Both the position numbers and the translations under genes were made by a program. DNA of 64,000 nt. It comes from a virus. Taxonomy: Duplodnaviria > Heunggongvirae > Uroviricota > Caudoviricetes. Of the stretch, positions 36,654-46,578 are shown piece by piece (position 1 is the first letter of the stretch; each line of letters begins with the position of its first letter). The stretch spans positions 1-64,000 of the IMG/VR virus record IMGVR_UViG_3300031853_000008. One strand, written 5' to 3'. Below the pieces are notes generated by a model, which was not told where the DNA came from, did not search any database, and was given only the letters and a program-made list of their open reading frames with translations.

Positions 36654-37052
36654 TTAGCGGGCCATTCGGCTGGGCATCATAATTCCAAGTTCATTCATAA
36701 TGCTACGCATCTCTTCCCATTTAGTCCTTACATTGTCATATGCATCTTCCTTTTCTTCACAATATGTATCGGCATAATCTTCTGTAAAGAATGCCGATAC
36801 ATTCATGTCGGCGAAAACCCCAAATGATCCGTTATCATCAAGTTCTGTGTACGGGTAATCAAGACAGTATTTCCAACCAACAACCTCATCAATCACTTCT
36901 TTCCAGATGTCTTCGTGAAGCCTGGGATCAAGTCCAAATACATCTTTAATCTCTTCGACATCAACACACCAGTTCCCATACGTTGTTTTATAGGCGGCCT
37001 CAGTGATACAATAATCTGCAATTGCTTTTACAAGAAGTCCTCTTTTATTCAT
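36654..37052 (-). CDS. hypothetical protein (132 aa)
   Basis: ORF. Confidence 0.4.
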   Translation of the reverse strand: MNKRGLLVKAIADYCITEAAYKTTYGNWCVDVEEIKDVFGLDPRLHEDIWKEVIDEVVGWKYCLDYPYTELDDNGSFGVFADMNVSAFFTEDYADTYCEEKEDAYDNVRTKWEEMRSIMNELGIMMPSRMAR

Positions 37053-37089
37053 CTTAATTTTCCCCTTTCTATCAATCGGAATGTACTGA

Positions 37090-37308
37090 TCACTTCCCTT
37101 GAAGCCCCCAGTGAATCAAGTTCTCAAGATCCCATACATCCAGACGACCAATTCCTTTGTTTTCAGGGATAGAAATTCTTCTTTTTTCAGGGGACATCTC
37201 TGCGTACTGAGAAAGAGCATCAAGAATCATGCACAGCTGTTCCCTTGAAATCTTGATGTTCTCATTTGTATCGGTTCTCGTAATAATGAATTCCATTTCC
37301 ATAATCAT
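37090..37308 (-). CDS. hypothetical protein (72 aa)
   Basis: ORF. Confidence 0.35.
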   Translation of the reverse strand: MIMEMEFIITRTDTNENIKISREQLCMILDALSQYAEMSPEKRRISIPENKGIGRLDVWDLENLIHWGLQGK

Positions 37309-37462
37309 CTGTTCCTTTCTTCAATCGATTCCTCGCCACGCATCATCCAATCGAGCATATCCCAATTGTCCGGGTTTTCCATCAACTCGTTGTATTCTGT
37401 GTAATCGTCTTCCTCTTCAGCCTTTCTGATTGCTTCAATTGCCGCACGTTCCATATAACTAC

Positions 37463-37729
37463 TCATTTTAATATCTCCTTTCTTTTCTTATTCAATTTTT
37501 CTGCGATTAACGTAATTTCATGGTCTGGAAGAGACTCATCGATGATAGTGATTTCCGATCCGCTATCATCAATACACTGCCAGCCGGAATACCACATATT
37601 CAAGTTCATCAAAGCCTGTTCAAGTGCATCGCTCTCGTTCATCGCCTTGTACTGGCCTTCAATTGTAAGATTATCATCCTCAGTTACTCCAACTACAGTA
37701 ATCTTATAATTATTCATTTTAACTTCCAT
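37463..37729 (-). CDS. hypothetical protein (88 aa)
   Basis: ORF. Confidence 0.35.
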   Translation of the reverse strand: MEVKMNNYKITVVGVTEDDNLTIEGQYKAMNESDALEQALMNLNMWYSGWQCIDDSGSEITIIDESLPDHEITLIAEKLNKKRKEILK

Positions 37730-37924
37730 TCAAAAATCCTCCGGCTTAATCTCTTCCAGGCAGACAATCCCAAGCCCATTCTCATCTTCTTCGATGACAG
37801 CTATCTGAACCCCCTCTTCTCCGTCCTCGATATACTTTTTTGCCATCCTGACTGCTTCGTTGTAATCGGGGGAACCATCGTCCCATTCCATGTAATCTGC
37901 CGTCTGTACTGCATACCACTTCAT
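37730..37924 (-). CDS. hypothetical protein (64 aa)
   Basis: ORF. Confidence 0.35.
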   Translation of the reverse strand: MKWYAVQTADYMEWDDGSPDYNEAVRMAKKYIEDGEEGVQIAVIEEDENGLGIVCLEEIKPEDF

Positions 37925-38157
37925 GCCCTTTTTCTCCTTTTCTCATTTCGGACTTCTTCTTCCATTTTATTGATTAAATAATCTGGATCAACATCCGTCA
38001 GCATTTCAAACCAATCGGAATAAAAGAATTCTTTCAATTCTTCCATCTCTTTTCGCCTAAGTTTCCCGCACCTCAAACAACTCATGTAGTCTTGGGCGGC
38101 CTGTCCGATGATTCCAATCTTTAGATTCTCTAATCCTTCCTGTGTCATAATTACCAC
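37921..38157 (-). CDS. hypothetical protein (78 aa)
   Basis: ORF. Confidence 0.35.
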   Translation of the reverse strand: MVIMTQEGLENLKIGIIGQAAQDYMSCLRCGKLRRKEMEELKEFFYSDWFEMLTDVDPDYLINKMEEEVRNEKRRKRA

Positions 38158-38298
38158 CTCTCTTAAATACTCGGTTCATGAACCACACCATTCCTATCAA
38201 TATATCCAAGTGGGTTCGGCCCATCGATATATTCAATACAATCATATGGTGCTTCCTCAAGTTCATCGTCTGGGTCAGCGATTCCATATAAAATTGTT

Positions 38299-38481
38299 TT
38301 ATCTCCTTCCCGACATTGTCACGAAATACAGACCACCGTTCTTTTTCTCAAGCTTCCCAGCTTCACGGACAGCATCCTCAAAGCTCGTATAAGCCCCTCT
38401 AACAGCTTCTCCGTACATATTGGATATCTTATACATATATCTTCTTTCAATCGAATTATGACTATAATTTGCGTTTCTCAT
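38299..38481 (-). CDS. hypothetical protein (60 aa)
   Basis: ORF. Confidence 0.3.
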   Translation of the reverse strand: MRNANYSHNSIERRYMYKISNMYGEAVRGAYTSFEDAVREAGKLEKKNGGLYFVTMSGRR

Positions 38482-38499
38482 GGGTATCTCCTTCCCCTT

Positions 38500-39150
38500 T
38501 CATATTGCTACCGACCACTGCTCTGCCATCGCTTTGGCAATTCCGTAGAATGTCTTTGATCTGTTCTTCTGCCGTTCCTTCCCTCCTTTGTTGAACCAAT
38601 TCCCTACGACTTTTGTACTCTGCCGATTCTCTTTCGGCACGATGTCGGTCGGGGTCAGTGTGGGCAGCCCTTTCAGCCAAAGGCACGTTCTTTTCTGTAC
38701 AGGATGTCCGAACTCCCACGGCTGGATGACTTCGCTACATTTCGGAAGACCATATACTTTCGAAGGTGTCGGGTTTTCTACTGCGATGTGATCGCAATCC
38801 GCATTCAACATTTTAAGGAAGAACTCCGCGCCTTTCTTCCCTTTCTCATATCTCTCTTCATTGAGAACTCCGTGAGGATAAAGGTGTCTTGCCCCTGCAT
38901 TGCTCAAATAAGTGCAGGGCGGATGAGCAACGATCAGATCCCACTTCCCATCAATCCTATGTTTCTTCCCGTCACAAGTTATGAACTCACACCTTCCATT
39001 AACGAGATGTGTAGCGTCTCCCTTGATGTGCCATTCGGGGTGACCGCCGGAACAATCCTGAAGGTCTGCGGAATATGCTTCCGCCCCAACCTTTCTAAAA
39101 GCTTCACATACACGCTGACTCTCTTCACAAGCAACTAATACTTTTACCAT
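38500..39150 (-). CDS. C5-methyltransferase-fold protein (paralog A) with catalytic PPC and ENP motifs but no glycine-rich SAM loop
   Basis: MVKVLVACEESQRVCEAF..., AHPPCTYLSNAG (motif IV-like), AVENPTP (motif VI-like). Paralogous to 40610..41344. Confidence 0.45.
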   Translation of the reverse strand: MVKVLVACEESQRVCEAFRKVGAEAYSADLQDCSGGHPEWHIKGDATHLVNGRCEFITCDGKKHRIDGKWDLIVAHPPCTYLSNAGARHLYPHGVLNEERYEKGKKGAEFFLKMLNADCDHIAVENPTPSKVYGLPKCSEVIQPWEFGHPVQKRTCLWLKGLPTLTPTDIVPKENRQSTKVVGNWFNKGGKERQKNRSKTFYGIAKAMAEQWSVAI

Positions 39151-39259
39151 AATTTACTCTCCTATCTTAAATACTGAATACGTTGCGTCCTTGCACCAAC
39201 CAAATCTGGTTTCAAGTACTTCCCATGCTGTTTCGTCGGCTTCAAACTCTGTTTTGTAC

Positions 39260-39520
39260 CTATGCCCTCTGTAAACAACATCTCCGTTCCAATCCATTTT
39301 CTGTGAGCGTACAATTATATGCTTCGAAGTACATCAGTTTCTTCTCAAATGATTCCCCATCACCGTTATCGATATCTGCCGACATATTGTAATATCTGTC
39401 ATGTGGTCGCATCTTGCTCGGACACAGTGTTACTGGAAGTCCTGCATCATACAGCATCTTCGCTTCGCTTTTTTGCACCCGGTACATACAATTCACTCTA
39501 ATTCTATTCATTTCTCCCAC
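39260..39520 (-). CDS. hypothetical protein
   Basis: ORF. Confidence 0.35.
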   Translation of the reverse strand: MGEMNRIRVNCMYRVQKSEAKMLYDAGLPVTLCPSKMRPHDRYYNMSADIDNGDGESFEKKLMYFEAYNCTLTENGLERRCCLQRA

Positions 39521-39846
39521 TCCTCATAATTATTTTTATCAATGTCAATATAACAACCGAAAAACCAACTGGATGCTTCTCTTGCCATTTTTTCTTTTGA
39601 CCAGTTTCCAGCAAGGCTGTCGAACTTTTTCTGGCTGAATCTTTTTCCTTTAGAGATACAAAATCTTTGTGTCTCATTTAAGAAAAATATCTGCGATTCG
39701 AATCCATCCTTCTTTCTTACTGGAATAATCGATACCAAATATTCTCCCTTGTAATACTTCAACGCCACCTCGATTCGGTTAAACTCTTCACCGTGAAGTT
39801 TATATGTTCTGTCCAGTATGAAGGTTCTTCCTAATTCTCTCATCAT
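39508..39846 (-). CDS. hypothetical protein
   Basis: ORF with ATGA overlap to the upstream gene. Confidence 0.4.
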   Translation of the reverse strand: MMRELGRTFILDRTYKLHGEEFNRIEVALKYYKGEYLVSIIPVRKKDGFESQIFFLNETQRFCISKGKRFSQKKFDSLAGNWSKEKMAREASSWFFGCYIDIDKNNYEEWEK

Positions 39847-40376
39847 GCCACTTCCTTTCTGTATACTGGAAGGGGAACAAGCCCCTTCTCTCTGCACAGC
39901 CTGTCTACCTCATCCCACGGAACTTCGCGGATAAGTTTCATCCATCCGCAAATGACCCACCACCCTCTCATATTAGACGATGTCTTGTATTTATAATATC
40001 CATCTGTCGGAACATGATCAAGTTGTGCCCTCTTGGGTGCCCACCGCCCATTCAGCCATCCGTTCTCTCTTGCTTCGTTCTGGTAGTTGATGTTGCTTGA
40101 GTACTCGACCTCTACCCATACACACCCATCTTTCATGTACTTGACCCCATTGTGCATCGAATAGATGTGTTCAACGTGCGGAGCATCATAGTTGAGGTGA
40201 AGTCCCGGACGATATGCAAGATCCCCAAGCTTTGACTTTACATGAACTCCATCTTCTGCCTTGTCCCCTTCCTTTGCAAATACCTTATCGCCGATTCTCC
40301 ATCTGTCATCGGTCCCCACATAGAGGGGTCCGTAGACCCCATTACTATACTTTCTCATCAGTTTCCATCCTATCAT
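39843..40376 (-). CDS. hypothetical protein (178 aa)
   Basis: ATG at 40376 with AAAGGAG RBS. Confidence 0.45.
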   Translation of the reverse strand: MIGWKLMRKYSNGVYGPLYVGTDDRWRIGDKVFAKEGDKAEDGVHVKSKLGDLAYRPGLHLNYDAPHVEHIYSMHNGVKYMKDGCVWVEVEYSSNINYQNEARENGWLNGRWAPKRAQLDHVPTDGYYKYKTSSNMRGWWVICGWMKLIREVPWDEVDRLCREKGLVPLPVYRKEVA

Positions 40377-40389
40377 AATATACGCTCCT

Positions 40390-40617
40390 TTACAAGATAT
40401 TTTCGATTGTGTCAATCATGTCCTCAATAGCATCTACCGCGTCATCCAATGTGTCGGCGGCTTCTTCCATTGCATAGGCTTTATCACTGTCCTGCAAGTT
40501 ATCCGGCAGATTGTCATATGAGTCTCTCTCATCTGTCCCGGTTTCCTCAAAGATGTCCTTCGCTTCCTCAAGCAGCTTCAGTCCTTTACGAATCTCTTTT
40601 CTTCTCTGATTATTCAT
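40390..40617 (-). CDS. hypothetical acidic protein (75 aa)
   Basis: ORF trimmed to MNNQRRK after the upstream stop. Confidence 0.4.
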   Translation of the reverse strand: MNNQRRKEIRKGLKLLEEAKDIFEETGTDERDSYDNLPDNLQDSDKAYAMEEAADTLDDAVDAIEDMIDTIENIL

Positions 40618-41344
40618 TGTTAGTTCTCCTTTCTGAGGAAACAAAGTCTCCCCACTGTTCTGCCATTGCTTCAGCGATACCGGGATAAGTCTTGCTCCTT
40701 GCCCTCGATACCCTCGGGTCCCTGTAGGAAAGAGCCTTGCCATTTTCATCGTAGACATTCCATGCGGGTCCCGAAAACGTGTAGTTCTTCTTCTTGCCTT
40801 TACAAGGAATGATATTCGGCTCGACTACGTTTGTCGGTTTGAGTTCCGGCAGACCTTTCAGCCACAGGCAAGTTGCTTTCCTTACTGGGTCACCGAACAT
40901 ATATGGCTGAATAATCTGGTCGGGTTTGCGATACCTCGTACTCATCACTCCTATCGGATTTTCAATTGCGATGTAGTCGCAGTTCGCAACTGTGAATCTT
41001 TTGAAGAACTTAATTGCGGCTTCTCTATCGGCAAGTCTCTTCACAGCTTTATCTCCGTACCTCTCTACGTTGTACAGCTTGTTTGCCGCCACTGTGAGGT
41101 AAGTGCAGGGCGGATGAGCCACAATAATGTCCCAATGTCCAATCATGTGTTTCTCTCCGTCCAATGTCATGAACTCACAGTTCCCATCAATCAGAGGAAG
41201 CACGTTCTGCTGAATCGCCCATTCTGGATGTCCGCCTGACGGCTCAAGAATGTCACAGCTATATGCTTCATGCCCCCTCTTTCTGAAAGCTTCACAAACC
41301 CTTTGACTCTCTTCGCACGCTACAAGTACCTTTAATTTCTTCAT
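40610..41344 (-). CDS. C5-methyltransferase-fold protein (paralog B), same atypical motif set
   Basis: MKKLKVLVACEESQRVCEAF, AHPPCTYLTVAAN, IAIENPIG. RBS AAAGGAAAGGATGG. Confidence 0.45.
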   Translation of the reverse strand: MKKLKVLVACEESQRVCEAFRKRGHEAYSCDILEPSGGHPEWAIQQNVLPLIDGNCEFMTLDGEKHMIGHWDIIVAHPPCTYLTVAANKLYNVERYGDKAVKRLADREAAIKFFKRFTVANCDYIAIENPIGVMSTRYRKPDQIIQPYMFGDPVRKATCLWLKGLPELKPTNVVEPNIIPCKGKKKNYTFSGPAWNVYDENGKALSYRDPRVSRARSKTYPGIAEAMAEQWGDFVSSERRTNNE

Positions 41345-41505
41345 GTCAATACCATCCTTTCCTTTACCAAACAATTCAGAGTGATCTTATCCATACCCAG
41401 CTTCGCAAGATCCCGTTCAATCTTTTTCTGAGCCTTTGCATCATGTTCTTTCAATGCCTTTTCATATGCCACAATGTAATCTTCCAACATTCCACACACT
41501 CTCCT

Positions 41506-41736
41506 TTAGAATGAAATCGCCTTGCCTGGTTCAATCTCAAAGTAATTGATTTCATCGGGGTTGAATGGGTCTGCATAATCCGCCCCACACCACCACAACT
41601 CATCATCTGCATTGCCTTTCCATATATTCTTACGAATTTTCTTCACTTCTTTAATTGCTAAGTTCTTTGCTTCCTCTTCGTCATGCCCCAACGCATAACC
41701 ATTCATTCCGTATGCATAGAATTCTGCCAGTACCAT
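41506..41736 (-). CDS. hypothetical protein (76 aa)
   Basis: ORF. Confidence 0.4.
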   Translation of the reverse strand: MVLAEFYAYGMNGYALGHDEEEAKNLAIKEVKKIRKNIWKGNADDELWWCGADYADPFNPDEINYFEIEPGKAISF

Positions 41737-41740
41737 ATCA

Positions 41741-42280
41741 TCACCCCATTATCTGAATATAATCATTGCCGTCCTGCACGAATTCCCCTTCAAGTTCCAT
41801 GTCTCTTCCGTACTTCTCATAATCGAAGTAATTTCGATACGATTCAGGAATCTGTTCAAGTATTCCGCACTCATCAATATACTGCTCTGCGACATCCCCC
41901 ATGTCATCGCAATCATGCCATATTATGTAATCTCTGTTTTCCACGATTGAGACCGCATTGTCGAAGTCATACCCTTCATCCATCGCCACGTTGAACACCC
42001 TCATCATGTCATCATCGAAGTCATCAATCTGTTCAGCCATTTCATTTACATCGTCAATGCTCTCATACTCTCCAAGATTCATCCCATCGGGCAACTCCCA
42101 ATCCGTGAAGAAGTACTCCTCATAGATGTTTCCATCTTCATCGGGTTCGTCTGAGATTCCGATACGCTCAAACACCTCTTCCAACTCATCCTCATCGATC
42201 GGGAATTCAATCCACTCGCCGACCAAGTCACCTTCGTTGTACTTGCCTAGATTTGTGATAAATCCTCTGATATCAGCCAT
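41741..42280 (-). CDS. ardA: antirestriction protein ArdA (DNA mimic)
   Basis: Highly acidic. MADIRGFITNLGKYNEGDLVGEWIEFP matches the ArdA N-terminus. Confidence 0.6.
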   Translation of the reverse strand: MADIRGFITNLGKYNEGDLVGEWIEFPIDEDELEEVFERIGISDEPDEDGNIYEEYFFTDWELPDGMNLGEYESIDDVNEMAEQIDDFDDDMMRVFNVAMDEGYDFDNAVSIVENRDYIIWHDCDDMGDVAEQYIDECGILEQIPESYRNYFDYEKYGRDMELEGEFVQDGNDYIQIMG

Positions 42281-42297
42281 GATCATTCTCCCTTCTT

Positions 42298-42540
42298 TTA
42301 CCAATTTGCCCTAGTCCACTTGCCTTCAGAACCGAACTTCTGCACATCATTGATATGCTCCACCGCATCTTCAAAATCTCTGTAGTAATGCCCCTGCCCC
42401 CAATGAATGTCATTCGGGTCATCGACTTCCGGTGCCCAAGCAGCCACGAACTCCCACGCTTTCTTTGTTTCGGGGTCAACCCTTGCAATAAGGGCATAGT
42501 CAATATCCTTGTAAACGGCCAGTACTACAACATTCTTCAT
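42298..42540 (-). CDS. hypothetical protein (80 aa)
   Basis: ORF. Confidence 0.4.
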   Translation of the reverse strand: MKNVVVLAVYKDIDYALIARVDPETKKAWEFVAAWAPEVDDPNDIHWGQGHYYRDFEDAVEHINDVQKFGSEGKWTRANW

Positions 42541-42543
42541 AAT

Positions 42544-42870
42544 TTACTCTCCCTTCACTTCGTACTCACGAGCCTTGTTCAAGTTGATTTTCATAAGTGG
42601 GTAGTGAGCATACCCACTATACCCAAACTTGCCAGTTCTGGAAGCAATTCCGTACTTCTCCAACAAATCCACGCCATACGGAGCGGAAATGTATGTCTCA
42701 TCAGGCAAGGATGAAGGTCTGTGATCGTTAAGGCAGACCGTCAAGTCTGAGAATGATTCACCGTCCTCATCAATAAGCCCCAAGTAAATCCGCCCATCTG
42801 ATTCGTAATTAGCAATTATCAGGCCAAGCTCGAAATCCTCTCCATAGAAGTTCAATTTCAGTTTCTTCAT
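42544..42870 (-). CDS. hypothetical protein (108 aa)
   Basis: ORF. Confidence 0.4.
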   Translation of the reverse strand: MKKLKLNFYGEDFELGLIIANYESDGRIYLGLIDEDGESFSDLTVCLNDHRPSSLPDETYISAPYGVDLLEKYGIASRTGKFGYSGYAHYPLMKINLNKAREYEVKGE

Positions 42871-42938
42871 GATTCTTCCCCTCTCCCCGAACTCGCTTGT
42901 AGGTCAGTTATAATTCCTTAATTTGCTCTTGTCAATCT

Positions 42939-43736
42939 TTATTTTACGATCTCACGGACAACCTTGACTCTGCTCACCTTGTGATAACAGCAGTTCTCGC
43001 AAGTCTGACAATGCCGACCCCCACAGTTGATGAAGTGGTCGATGTCCATGCAGTTTTCCTTAAGCCACGACTTCTCATAGCAAGCGAAGATCGCATCAAC
43101 GAATGGAAACTGTCTCTGTACTCTGCGGAGCGTTTCCTCATCCACAACCAGGTTCTTCTTCGCCACGCTGTAAATCATCCACATGTTGCTAGGCTTATCT
43201 CCGTATAGATGAAGTGCGTCACGGATAAACCACGGATTCTTCGACCACCACCCAAACGATGTAGCCGGATTCTTCTCAATCGTGTACAAAGTGTTCAAAC
43301 TCTGTACCTCACTTCTCTGATCCCCTAAAGGCTCAATTCTGCCTTCCTTGTCCCCCTTGAAGTCGGGCAGCCATTCCATAGGAAGAATGGCATAGTTCAG
43401 CACGAAGCTGTTCCACAAAGCCCACAACATGGCGAAGAAGTAGCGGGCAAGAGTATTATCCGCAAAGCACTCATGGCAGATGAGTGACTCGCACTTCATC
43501 CGCTTTTCACATAATTTGTTGCCCTTGCAGGATGTGGTCATTCCGCGGATTCCCTTCATCTTGCCTGTAAGGTCAGACAGATGTACAGGAGACCCTGTCA
43601 TCTCAAAGTTGTCAGCAATCATCAGCCAGAATGGGCGATACGTTCTTTTCTGCGTCTTCTCCCATTCCCTCTGCATCTCAGTAAGTTCCATTGCATAGTC
43701 CCGAAATGCCTTCGGGAGGATATCAAATTTCCTCAT
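42939..43736 (-). CDS. hypothetical Cys-rich protein (265 aa)
   Basis: ORF. Cys clusters CHEC and CGGRHCQTCENCC. Confidence 0.45.
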   Translation of the reverse strand: MRKFDILPKAFRDYAMELTEMQREWEKTQKRTYRPFWLMIADNFEMTGSPVHLSDLTGKMKGIRGMTTSCKGNKLCEKRMKCESLICHECFADNTLARYFFAMLWALWNSFVLNYAILPMEWLPDFKGDKEGRIEPLGDQRSEVQSLNTLYTIEKNPATSFGWWSKNPWFIRDALHLYGDKPSNMWMIYSVAKKNLVVDEETLRRVQRQFPFVDAIFACYEKSWLKENCMDIDHFINCGGRHCQTCENCCYHKVSRVKVVREIVK

Positions 43737-43823
43737 ATTAATTCTCCTTTCTTATAACCGCCAGGTTTTCACTCACTCAACAGGACGATGCCCATCCTCG
43801 ATTCTCTCCAATTGAACATATTC

Positions 43824-44105
43824 TCACCTCTCCATAAACTTTCGGGTGTAGTCATACACCGCCACCCATGACTTTGTGATCTCAGGAGCATACTCGCAGA
43901 ACGTCATGAACGTGTACGCATTCGACCACGCTTTATGAATCATTTCTTTGTCTTCTCCCGACAATTCCCCACTCAGACAGAATGCTGTACCGTTGAATTT
44001 ACGCCCCTCGGCGTTACGTCTCTGAACTGGGCAAGTCTGCACAATCGACAACCCTTTCAATGTTACAAAATCATAGACATCGCTTACACTTGCTTTACCC
44101 TTCAT
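43824..44105 (-). CDS. hypothetical protein (93 aa)
   Basis: ORF. Confidence 0.4.
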   Translation of the reverse strand: MKGKASVSDVYDFVTLKGLSIVQTCPVQRRNAEGRKFNGTAFCLSGELSGEDKEMIHKAWSNAYTFMTFCEYAPEITKSWVAVYDYTRKFMER

Positions 44106-44139
44106 AATCGTCCCCCCTCTCTATGTGCGATAACATAGC

Positions 44140-44355
44140 TCATGACAAAACCCCCTTCCCGAAATATTCCATGACATCCTCGACTACCCACTGAAACAGG
44201 AATGCCATAAGTCCGATACCAAGGGAATCAATGATCCCCAAACCAAAAGCACAACCTACAAAAGCAGCCACGCACACGGACACGCAGATGGCTTCAGCCA
44301 TCCACACCCAAAACTCACGGTCGTTATTACTCATAATCGTCCTCCTGTCGCCCAT
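44140..44355 (-). CDS. small membrane protein (71 aa)
   Basis: Hydrophobic ORF. Confidence 0.4.
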   Translation of the reverse strand: MGDRRTIMSNNDREFWVWMAEAICVSVCVAAFVGCAFGLGIIDSLGIGLMAFLFQWVVEDVMEYFGKGVLS

Positions 44356-44480
44356 GCGACATAAAAAAAGAACGTCATGTGACGTTCACACTGGGTTTTT
44401 CCCACACACGCTACATCCACTAGGGTTTTTCCCTTACGCGTAACGGTCATAGGGTTTTCGTGTGTTATATATGCGCGCAC

Positions 44481-44518
44481 GAAAAAAAAAATAAAAAGAG
44501 AAGAGCGGATCTCTCCGC
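44481..44518 (-). terminator. rho-independent terminator/attenuator after the first leftward gene
   Basis: GCGGAGAGATCCGC hairpin followed by a T-rich run (TCTTCTCTTTTTATTTTTTTTTT). Confidence 0.45.
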
Positions 44519-44537
44519 CCTTCCCTTTAGGAATCGG

Positions 44538-45059
44538 TCATCGGATGTCAAACATTCCGTTTCTCTTACGGCGATACTGTAACCAGTTATCGCCCGCTAG
44601 AGACATCAATGTTTGAAGAATCAATTTATAAAGTGTGTCCTTGCTTTTCGTGCTTACGAATTCATTTGAAAGATACTTCTTTCCATTCGTTTTGTTGATT
44701 CCTACTGATTTTGCTACGATGGATAATGTCTGATAGCCGATATTGTTAACACCGTACATCTTGAGAAACTTTCCTATGGAAGCTTTAAAATCTGAATACT
44801 TAATATCACTTTCCATATCATTAAAGGAGTCTGTATAAGATTCATAAACCGAAGTCGGGAAAGTTTCACACAAAAACTTGTGCATGTTCTTGTTCAACCT
44901 TTTCTGTCTGTCGGCAATAGTTACAAGCTGCTCTGTAGTTGCTTCTTTCTTCTGTATAGTAAGGTGAATCCCCGCTACTACCATTTTGTCGTATCTGTTC
45001 AGAATCTCAAAAAATGCTACATTTTCGTTATTCGGTGTAAAATCTGTTTTCTTATTCAT
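44538..45059 (-). CDS. hypothetical protein, first gene of the leftward operon (173 aa)
   Basis: ORF directly downstream of the divergent control region. RBS GGAAGGAAAAC. Confidence 0.45.
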   Translation of the reverse strand: MNKKTDFTPNNENVAFFEILNRYDKMVVAGIHLTIQKKEATTEQLVTIADRQKRLNKNMHKFLCETFPTSVYESYTDSFNDMESDIKYSDFKASIGKFLKMYGVNNIGYQTLSIVAKSVGINKTNGKKYLSNEFVSTKSKDTLYKLILQTLMSLAGDNWLQYRRKRNGMFDIR

Positions 45060-45943
45060 AGTTGTTTTCCTTCCTTTAAAATACCGTGTAGGTAAGTTTG
45101 CTACAGCAAGCCTTGCTTTTTATCTCTAGTAAAAGTATCCCTTGCTAGTACATCGACCACAATGATTAAGTCATTACAATCGACATTTTGAACTACTTCG
45201 GGGAGGTTTCTGAACTGTCGGGACGAGTTGCATTAACTCTTCTTCTTAGGGCTGTATTATTCAGTTCACTCAACTTGTTCATGGTACTTGTTCAAGTTGT
45301 AAGGATCAACTTTTGTTGACAATGCTATATTAATATACCTAAAAATTATATGCAAGTATACAAAGGTTTACATAGGGATAGTTCTAACTCCCATGATGAC
45401 TCAAGGGCAGTGATCCGGCTTAAGTGCTATTTCCACACACCACCCATGTAAATTCTATTCATTCCCCCTTCCCCCCTTCTCTCGCCTTCCCCTCAGTTGC
45501 TCCTTTACGAAGATAAGATAAGTTTTTTAGATCCTTGATATAACCTAAAACAGAGTATTTCAGTTTGTTATAGGTTTTGCCTGTACGAAAAAATCTTTTT
45601 AGTTATAGGTTCAGCCTATATCAGGAAAAATGTAGCTATTGAAAATGTAGCTGTTATATTAACTTACTGGAGTTCACTAGTTTGCTTTAGACATATATTA
45701 GACAAGATATTAATTTCTACCTATAACAAGAAAAGAAGTAAATGTGAACGACAGTAAGTTAATTCCCCATTCTGTTGCTCACCAATATATGAACTAAAAG
45801 CAGTGGGGGGCTAGATATGAAGTAAGAAATTAATTTCATCTACACAGAAAACAGAGATATGTGGATGCGAAGAAATATCTATAGAGATTTAGCCTGTACC
45901 AAAAAAATGATAGGAATGGAATTTTAGGTATTACATAAAATTA

Positions 45944-45993
45944 AGACCCCGGAGAGACCCCGGTGGTCTCGAAGGGGGTCGTCCATTTTTTTC
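45944..45993 (+). terminator. long GC hairpin followed by T7 inside the control region (terminator-like)
   Basis: AAGACCCCGGAGAGACCCCGGTGGTCTCGAAGGGGGTCGTCC followed by ATTTTTTT. Confidence 0.3.
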
Positions 45994-46204
45994 TGTACAG
46001 GCTATACCCGAAGGGTATTCTACTACGGGGACTAAATACAGATAATTCGGTAGATTTTTAGTTCAGCCACTATATTCAGGTATATATTGTGATCTCCTGC
46101 GTTGCTTCCCTTGTGCCTTCGCTGGGGGCTACGGCACGGTCAGCAACTTAGTATAATATATATATTTAGAGGGATCACTCCGTATCTTGGCTGTCACTTT
46201 TTTG

Positions 46205-46290
46205 TCACCAAAGTGGTGACAACTTTTAGAGCAAGCCTGGAGCGGGGTTTCAGAGAATTTTGTCACCGTTTTTCTCCATTTTGGTGACAA
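46205..46290. promoter_or_regulatory. GTCACC..GGTGAC inverted repeats (operator- or origin-like)
   Basis: Perfect palindrome GTCACCAAAGTGGTGAC at 46205-46222, and a second GTCACC-N15-GGTGAC at 46262-46290. Confidence 0.3.
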
Positions 46291-46502
46291 AATGGATTCA
46301 AGATTGGCTTAAATAGAGAGGTTTTCGCACCCATCTCTTATAATATATAGAAGAGAAAAGTCGGTAAGAAGAGCCTGAACGAATTGCTAGTTTTGGGGAC
46401 CTATCGGAGGTAAAACACCCCCCAATCCCCCACGCCGTTATTTTTTCGAAGTTTCGTGGATATTTTCGTAATTATTTTTGCTCACTTTTCAAAACATAGC
46501 TA

Positions 46503-46531
46503 TTGACAGGCATATATTAATGTGCTACTAT
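46503..46531 (+). promoter_or_regulatory. sigma70-type promoter TTGACA-N17-TACTAT for the rightward operon
   Basis: Shares the spacer motif GG.ATATATTAAT with the minus-strand promoter at 22284. Confidence 0.4.
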
Positions 46532-46578
46532 ACAGATAGTTACGAAAACTAACGAAACTGAAGGAAGGGGGCGAGTTC

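Noticed and set aside
46102-46287. 61-aa ORF in the control region
   Set aside because: Overlaps the palindromic repeats. No RBS. Likely non-coding.
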